Below are positions 57,471-64,000 of a DNA stretch of 64,000 nucleotides, in pieces. The stretch is from Alloascoidea hylecoeti (lineage: Eukaryota), in the NCBI GenBank assembly GCA_001600815.1, contig BCKZ01000003.1, positions 310,001-374,000 on the forward strand. The letters run 5' to 3'. The notes beneath the pieces are model-generated. The model saw nothing but the letters and a program-made list of their open reading frames with translations. It searched no databases and was not told the DNA's origin. Both the position numbers and the translations under genes were made by a program. Numbering within the stretch: position 1 is the stretch's first letter; every line of letters begins with the position of its first letter.

Positions 57471-59044
57471 ATGAAATTCGGACTCGGTAAAATCTATTCG
57501 GAATAATTAATCATTTGAATATTCTCCTTGAAATTGTTTGAATTACAGATATTGATGTCGTAAGTCTTTTACGAATGACACGATTCAATTGATGGAAATT
57601 TAAATTTCTCCATACAACAATTTTGCGCCTTAAGCTTACCTATTAGGCTATAGCTAGCTACGTGAGGATTATTGGGAAAGCTAATTAAGTTTTCATCATA
57701 ATAATTCTATCATAATTATTATTAATTGGAACACACGTTCTTTTATACATTCTTATTCGAATTCATCCTTTTTTCCTTTCTCCTTTTGTTAATTTAGCCG
57801 TTTATCTATACCAATCACCTATAGATCTACATTTATAAGTTTATATGTTTGAGGTTATAGACACTAAGGATACTAAGGAGTGAGGACGGTATCAATTAGA
57901 ATGTGAAAATGATGAACTACAATGTTATTACGATTGTTATGATCAGTCTTAGATTTCCGTTTTTGGAGAGCTTAGTAAATTTAAAGATAATTTACCACTA
58001 TCCTTTCAATTATAGTTAGTACTTTATTTTGACTTGGGACGTCAATTGCAAGATTACAACCAATTGCAACATCTAAAATGTCAAATAATTACAATTGCAA
58101 ATCAAACTTCTCAGAAAGTTGAAAATCATAATATTTTTCTGTAATTAGGATTAGAATGGGTGACAGAATGAATAGTTTGTTTCCTATCTAAGACCCAATA
58201 AGATCTTATAATACGTTAACGCTAACCTTTCGTATATGATAATTCACTAACAATTGCGAATACACATTGTCGTAATGATTGTACCATGACCATATAAGAA
58301 ACACAAAAACTAAAACATTTTTTAAATTTTAACAATATTACTTATTGGTTTATATAAGTTGTATTCATTATTAGAAAGTCACAAGAGAATTTTGTAGTTA
58401 TTTTTCATTGGTTTTAGAGGTTTTTGGTGACCCACAAGGGCGAGAGACGTCCTAAAGATGCATAATTCACCCTTTCCACAATTTCTTCAATCTTGAAAAG
58501 CCCCCTCACACCTTAAATTAACTCTAGAAGATGGCGAATTCAAGATTTCCAGTGGATTACGTGTTTGTGTATCTTTATGAACGATAGGACTCAAACATAT
58601 GCAGCATACATATATAATACATGTACTTTGAGCTCACGTTCGAATCCTATCGAAGAATACCAAGTTGTAGCACACCAAGTGGCTTAAATTAAGTGGAAAT
58701 ACAGTATATTCTTACATTAATTATGTAACATTTCTTTTATAAGGAGAATAAAATCAAAAATGATAGATATGTTTATATTTAAATTGCCAATTCATTTGCA
58801 AACAAAAATGCTATTTATATTATAACTTATAAGTATTACTCATAAAATTCAATTATGTTGATACTTTTTTTGATTCTTTTTTTTCTAATACCAAAATATT
58901 AGTTGTAATACAAATCAAAAAAATGCAATATGCATATGCTCTATATCATAATAGATATATTCCTTCTCTTCTCATTATCGGTAAATGATAGTTTTACTTA
59001 AGCGCCTATTTTCTTCTTTTTTTTATGAAAGATACAATTAATGA

Positions 59045-60854
59045 TTAACCAATTAATGCTTCATGTTTTAACTGTAGAATTAAATCATCAATTTTCCTAA
59101 AATTAGAGTCATTTAAAGCAAACTTTTTATGTTTTTTACTATTAATGTGTGTTTCAAAATCTTTATATTGTTCATGACAATTTTCACAAAACCCACTTCT
59201 ATCTTCTTTTTGTTTTGCTTTTGATACTGGAGTACCAGATTTTGGTTTGATTTGTTGTTTCTTTTTGATTGTTTTTGAAGTTTTCCTTCTTTCAAATACT
59301 TTACGTTTTAAGTTATTAACTTCTTTTGAGGGAACTTGAGCTACAGTAGCAGCTAATCCATTACCTTTCACATTGTTATTGCCATTGTCTGCAGAATAAT
59401 TTAGAGATTTCCCATTCGAAGTGAAGTTAGAAGCATTAACACCCGACGCAGCAATTGAATAAAACTTTTGATTGTTAAAAACTTGTTGTGAAGCTGTATT
59501 TGTGGCTGAAGGTTTGGAAACAAAAGCGCTTTCTCTTGAAGTTTCACCGCTTGTTGTGACTGGAGTGACTGTTGCAGTTATCATTTCTTTACTTCTTAGT
59601 TCAACAGCAGTTGTAGGACAATATTGATCAGCATCAATAATTTCTTCTTCTTGTCGCTGTTGTTGTGGTTGTTTTTGTTCATCATTCGTAGGTTCGATTA
59701 CAACTACTTTTTTGGTAATAGCTTCTGTTTGTGTTTTTCGAATCGAGCGGAAAGTATCACAAAGAAAAGGGCAGCGACCATTAGTTGAAGCTCTAAATTG
59801 AGGCCAATCACCGCATTCTGGTTCATCAACCTTTTCATATTCACGTGTCATTATAGGTCTATATTCGTTATAGACATCATAAATTAATATATAAGGGCCT
59901 TTAAAGTAATGAAAATCATCTCTTCTGGCGTTTGGATCCCGATCATTTGGACCATAAAGTTTTTCTTCTTTTAATAAATGAGATAATTTCTCATTTTCTT
60001 TTAAGTGTTGATGTTGTATTTGTAATTGTTGTTGTTGTTGTTGATCATTTGGTGAAACTAAAGGATTACTTAATAAATTTCCTAAGAATCTGAAGAGCTT
60101 TTCATAAGTCCAAACTTTTCTGTTCATACTTAATGCTTTATACATGATATCATTAGAATTAAGATTTTCCATTGGTTTGATTTGACGGCCTGTAACAACA
60201 AGAGTAATGTGTGAATCAAAAAATGGTTCAATCACCTAAAACGTAAAAAGAAAAAAAAAACATTCTGATTAATAACTGATATGAAACATCAATATTTAAT
60301 GTAATACTTACAGCACCTAAAGAGATTAGATATTCTTTTGCTCTATCTTTTTTATGTTCAGATTCAAAAGAATCAAAATAAACAACTGAATTGGCCATTA
60401 TAACCCTCCATTGCCTTTGCCATCTTCTTAAATCACGATATTTCTTTTCCCTTGTTAAGGTTTCAGTTTCTTCAGCTGTTGCATCAATTTGAGCTTTTAA
60501 TCGTTCTTTTGTACTTTCAGTAGTATTTTTTTTGCGATTTTTTTTCACATTTATATTTGTTGTTGTTGATGCAGTAACATTGGATTTATGTTGTTTACTC
60601 ACGGAAACCGTGGAAGTATTATTATTGATCGCGTTTACTTTTGAAGGTTTTAAGATCGATTTTGCAGGATTTCCTCTAAGCCTTCTTATTAATTGAGAAT
60701 TGTTGACATTTGCAGAGGTTTCTCTTAAAGGGATTCGGGAGTTTTTGGAAACTTTTGGAACACACCATGACGATGCAGAAGTGGTGGTCCCAGCGGTTGA
60801 AGTGTTAACATCAACTTCAACACCAACAGAGTTATTAACTGTAGCTTCCGCCAT
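59045..60854 (-). CDS. DBF4: DDK regulatory subunit Dbf4/Dfp1, 2 exons
   Basis: complement(join(59045..60235,60312..60854)). Motif N (LGA-VIEPFFD...KVWTYEKL), motif M (EKLYGPNDRDP, FKGPYILIYD, GRCPF) and motif C (GFCENC..HINSKKH). Confidence 0.93.
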
Positions 60855-61234
60855 GATTTGGGGAAATCAGGATGATTTATGTGATTTTTTGTAAAATGAT
60901 GGTGTTTATGTATTTTTTTATATGATGATGTTGATAAGATTCAAGTCGTGACGGGAAGTAAATGAACACAACAAGTATAAAAATTTGAAATCTGATAAAA
61001 AAAAAATAAGACAAAACTCCTCCCAGTAAGGCAATATTCCTTTTCTGACAAGAATTAAAAAGATTTTTATTTCTTAAATCGAAGTGGAAAGATTTTTAAC
61101 AGAAGGGCCCAGGTGTGTAATTCTTTTTAAGACGATGGATGGTTGGCAACCAAAATCTAATATGGAAGTTACCCGGGGTTCCTAACCTCCTTCATCACTG
61201 TGATCCTACAAATATAGAGAGTGTAATTGAAACA

Positions 61235-61774
61235 ATGCTAAAGGCTCGAAATATTTCAGCCGCCTTGTCAAATTCATTCATCTCTCCGTTATCCAATGGA
61301 AATTATCCAACAACGACCCCGATATATGCTTCAGCTCTAATAACAACTTCTGGTCTTCCTATTGTGTCTTCCTTATCTGAAAATCCATTATCACCAAGTA
61401 TTTCACCGAAACTTAAGATATATTCTTTGTTTGCAGCTTCCGCATGGTCAGAATATACGAAAGCACTATTGTTTTCTTCTGTACAGCCTGATATAACTGA
61501 TGAACATCGAATTGAAAATGGGAATAGGAATGGAAATGGAAATGGAAATGCGGATGATATAGATAGTAATAGTAATATTGATTTAAACTGGTTATCAATT
61601 GATGTTGATTCTATTAACATTATAGTTCATTCTATTCCAACTACAGATTCTCTATTATTGGTACTAATATCTGAAAGGGATTGTCCTAGTGGTCTTACAC
61701 ATATTGCAGCAAGTAATGTTGTTGGAGTATTATCTGATGGTTTAAAAAATTATACAATGGCTGATGATGAATAA
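61235..61774 (+). CDS. SLM4: EGO/Ragulator roadblock subunit, Slm4/Ego3-like
   Basis: MLKARNI start, LKIYSLF...WSE and IP..DSLLLVLISERDCPSGL resemble Slm4 as recalled. An upstream in-frame ATG at 61139 is also possible. Confidence 0.65.
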   Translation: MLKARNISAALSNSFISPLSNGNYPTTTPIYASALITTSGLPIVSSLSENPLSPSISPKLKIYSLFAASAWSEYTKALLFSSVQPDITDEHRIENGNRNGNGNGNADDIDSNSNIDLNWLSIDVDSINIIVHSIPTTDSLLLVLISERDCPSGLTHIAASNVVGVLSDGLKNYTMADDE

Positions 61775-62331
61775 CGATAAGTATGATTTATGCCTCAATT
61801 TAGTATTAAATATCATAACTATTAATTGAAACTGCAACATACTTATGATAAGAAAAGAAAGAATTAATTAATTATTATATATTTTTTCATGATTGTTAGT
61901 ATACCTTAATATAATGTGAATAAATAGAAATAATAATAATAATGTTTATGTGTTAGTGAATTAATTTGTTTTAATATATAGGCCTATATGATAGGAAAAA
62001 AAATGCAGAAAAGGAGAAATCAATTGGAATACAATAATAACATAAGTTCAAAATAATAATGGTCACATTATGAACTTTTTCAAAAAAAGACAAATAAATA
62101 ATATGATTAAATGATTAAATGATTAAAGGACCTAGAGAAAGTTCAAGAGAATACGGATTTAAATGTGTGCCGTAGATTAGACTGATTAATTAAGTTAATT
62201 TGTTATTATCATTATGATAAAATGGGCTTCTCATTTTTATGTTATACTCTTCTAAAGTGATTTTTGTGGAATGATTATTAAAAAGTTCTGATAGTATTAA
62301 TACTAGTTAAGAGGAAAAAAAATGAAATACT

Positions 62332-62398
62332 TCATTTACTTGACATGTTAAAGTCTTCTTCTTCTTCTTCTTCTTCTTCTTCCTCCTCCTCCTCCTCC

Positions 62399-62442
<44 letters not shown>

Positions 62443-63484
62443 TTGATCCATTAAACTTTCTTCCATAGTATCGCTTTCACACCAAAAGTCATCAGAAACT
62501 TCATCATATGTTTTAATTTTTTCAGAAAAGGCAGCTTTTGAAGATGGCATGACGAAACCCTCAGGTATGTCTTGTTTTGAACGTTCGACATTAAGTTTGA
62601 TTGTTTTCCCGTATGCTGTACGATCCTTTCTCCATTCAATTGCTGCATCGACATTTGCAGGTGATGAGACGTTTGGATCCTCTAATAGTGATATGATACT
62701 TAATAGGACCGATTCAACTGACTGCACTGGGCTCCATGTTTCCTAGGAAAGAATGAAACTAGTTAGAATTAACAAATTTTAAAATAAATAGGGTAGAAAC
62801 ATAAACATACACCATCGAGGTCATTACTCATTGGATCACCAGAGGTATGTAGTATGGAAATACATAATCTACCATCTTTATAAATATTAGGATGATATAT
62901 AGGAGGAATAAAACGAAACGTTGGTGGAGAGAATGGATAATCATGGGGGAAGGTCATTTGTGACTATACGCACAGTTAGGAATCAAAACACTCAAATTTC
63001 AAAAATATAAATAAGTTCATACTTTGAAATAACCACCATGATAAATCGATTCTTCATCAAGGACCATAACACCTATATCCCTAAATGATGAAATGGCATG
63101 TCAGTTATATTTTCATTATATCATCATCATTTTATTATCATGTGATATGAAGATATGGGGTTGACTTATGGCTATAAAAGCAACCAAGAACCAAAAGCTG
63201 AAAATCAACAAAGATTGAACACAAAATAAAGAAAGTGTCAGTAAAAGGCATACCATATGTATATATTATCTTCATCAAGCTATAATTGAATATTAGTAAT
63301 AAGATCATAATGAATAGTTATGTTAAGAAAAAAGAGGTGAGACCACAAATAGAGGAATAACCAAACATACGGTAATATGAAAAGAAGAAAGCCCTTTTGT
63401 AGGATCTGTTAATTCTCTGTACTGTCTTAGTAAAAGATGAGAAGAACTAGAGTGAACAGACTGTCTATTATGAACTGGAGGCAT
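62332..63484 (-). CDS. CDC34: Ubiquitin-conjugating enzyme E2, Cdc34/Ubc3 type, 5 exons
   Basis: complement(join(62332..62742,62811..62963,63023..63080,63254..63279,63371..63484)), all GT-AG with consistent phases. YHPNIYKDGRLCISILH, acidic loop insertion, ETWSPVQSVESVL and poly-D/E tail. Confidence 0.9.
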
Positions 63485-63806
63485 TATTGGTTTTGTGCAA
63501 CTTAGAAGGAGACAAGAAGAAGCATATAAGGTTATCGAGGTGCTTTATACCAGTGCACGTGACACACCCGTCACTGTTCTTTCCGCAATCCAACATATTC
63601 TGGTTTCATAAATTTACTTGATTGTTCCATTGGTAGTATATGTATCAATATATATATATTAATATTCATAAGTATTCGTTCTTTTGGTAGAAAAGTAACC
63701 AAGTAAATATTTATAACACACATTACAGATAGTTTTTTTGGATATTGACAGTTACCCGACTTTCCATCTCATAAAAACAACTTTTCAGACTCCACAATCA
63801 ATTAAG

Positions 63807-64000
63807 ATGCTTCGGAGTCAGAAATTCCTTTCAAAACAGCCTTTTATATCGAGGGTCTACTATAGCACGGGTCCAAAAAGACTGGAGAATGGATTTTTGC
63901 ACAGATTGCCTCTAAAATCTGGTTATGGAATTTCAAAGTTTGCTCCGAAACAAGACCCTCCGAAGCAGGATGTTCCGGTCCAATCATCTTCTCTAAAAGA
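63807..64000 (+). CDS. 5' part of an unidentified, probably mitochondrially targeted protein
   Basis: Frame is open to the window end: MLRSQKFLSKQPFISRVYYSTGPKRL..., basic and acid-free N-terminus. Confidence 0.55.
   Translation, partial: MLRSQKFLSKQPFISRVYYSTGPKRLENGFLHRLPLKSGYGISKFAPKQDPPKQDVPVQSSSLK

Noticed and set aside
63081..63253. Intronic box C/D snoRNA in the longest CDC34 intron
   Set aside because: ATGATGA and CTGA are too close together, and the CTGAC is better explained as the branch point.

Overview
AT-rich yeast (Saccharomycotina-like) chromosomal segment with many short introns and degenerate branch points, which suggests an early-diverging lineage (inference). The left end (1-13 kb) looks like a sulfur-scavenging neighbourhood: OPT transporter, 2OG-Fe(II) oxygenase, Zn2Cys6 factor, Zn-dehydrogenase, a divergent JLP1/TauD + SOA1-like permease pair, and a quinone-reductase-like MDR. 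Housekeeping genes include AIM19, DFG5/DCW1, tRNA-Pro, AVT, LAG1, SSN8, HSP30/YRO2-like, UGP1, DBF4, SLM4 and CDC34; several are spliced and only partly captured by the ORF track. The most striking signal is a local family of three intact ORFs plus one pseudogene derived from an IS630/Tc1-type transposase. All three intact copies carry the same altered catalytic triad (G...E-x34-E instead of D...D-x34-E), lack visible TIRs and share a promoter, so they are candidate domesticated transposases. The window is also sprinkled with a 28-bp TA-ended Tc1/mariner-like TIR motif (solo copies and tiny MITEs) that could be their binding site. Also present: a decayed L1/Zorro-like LINE, a ~790-bp TIR-bounded non-autonomous element, a duplicated unidentified relic, two small spliced genes missed by the ORF track, and GC-rich repeat/palindrome islands in short intergenic gaps.
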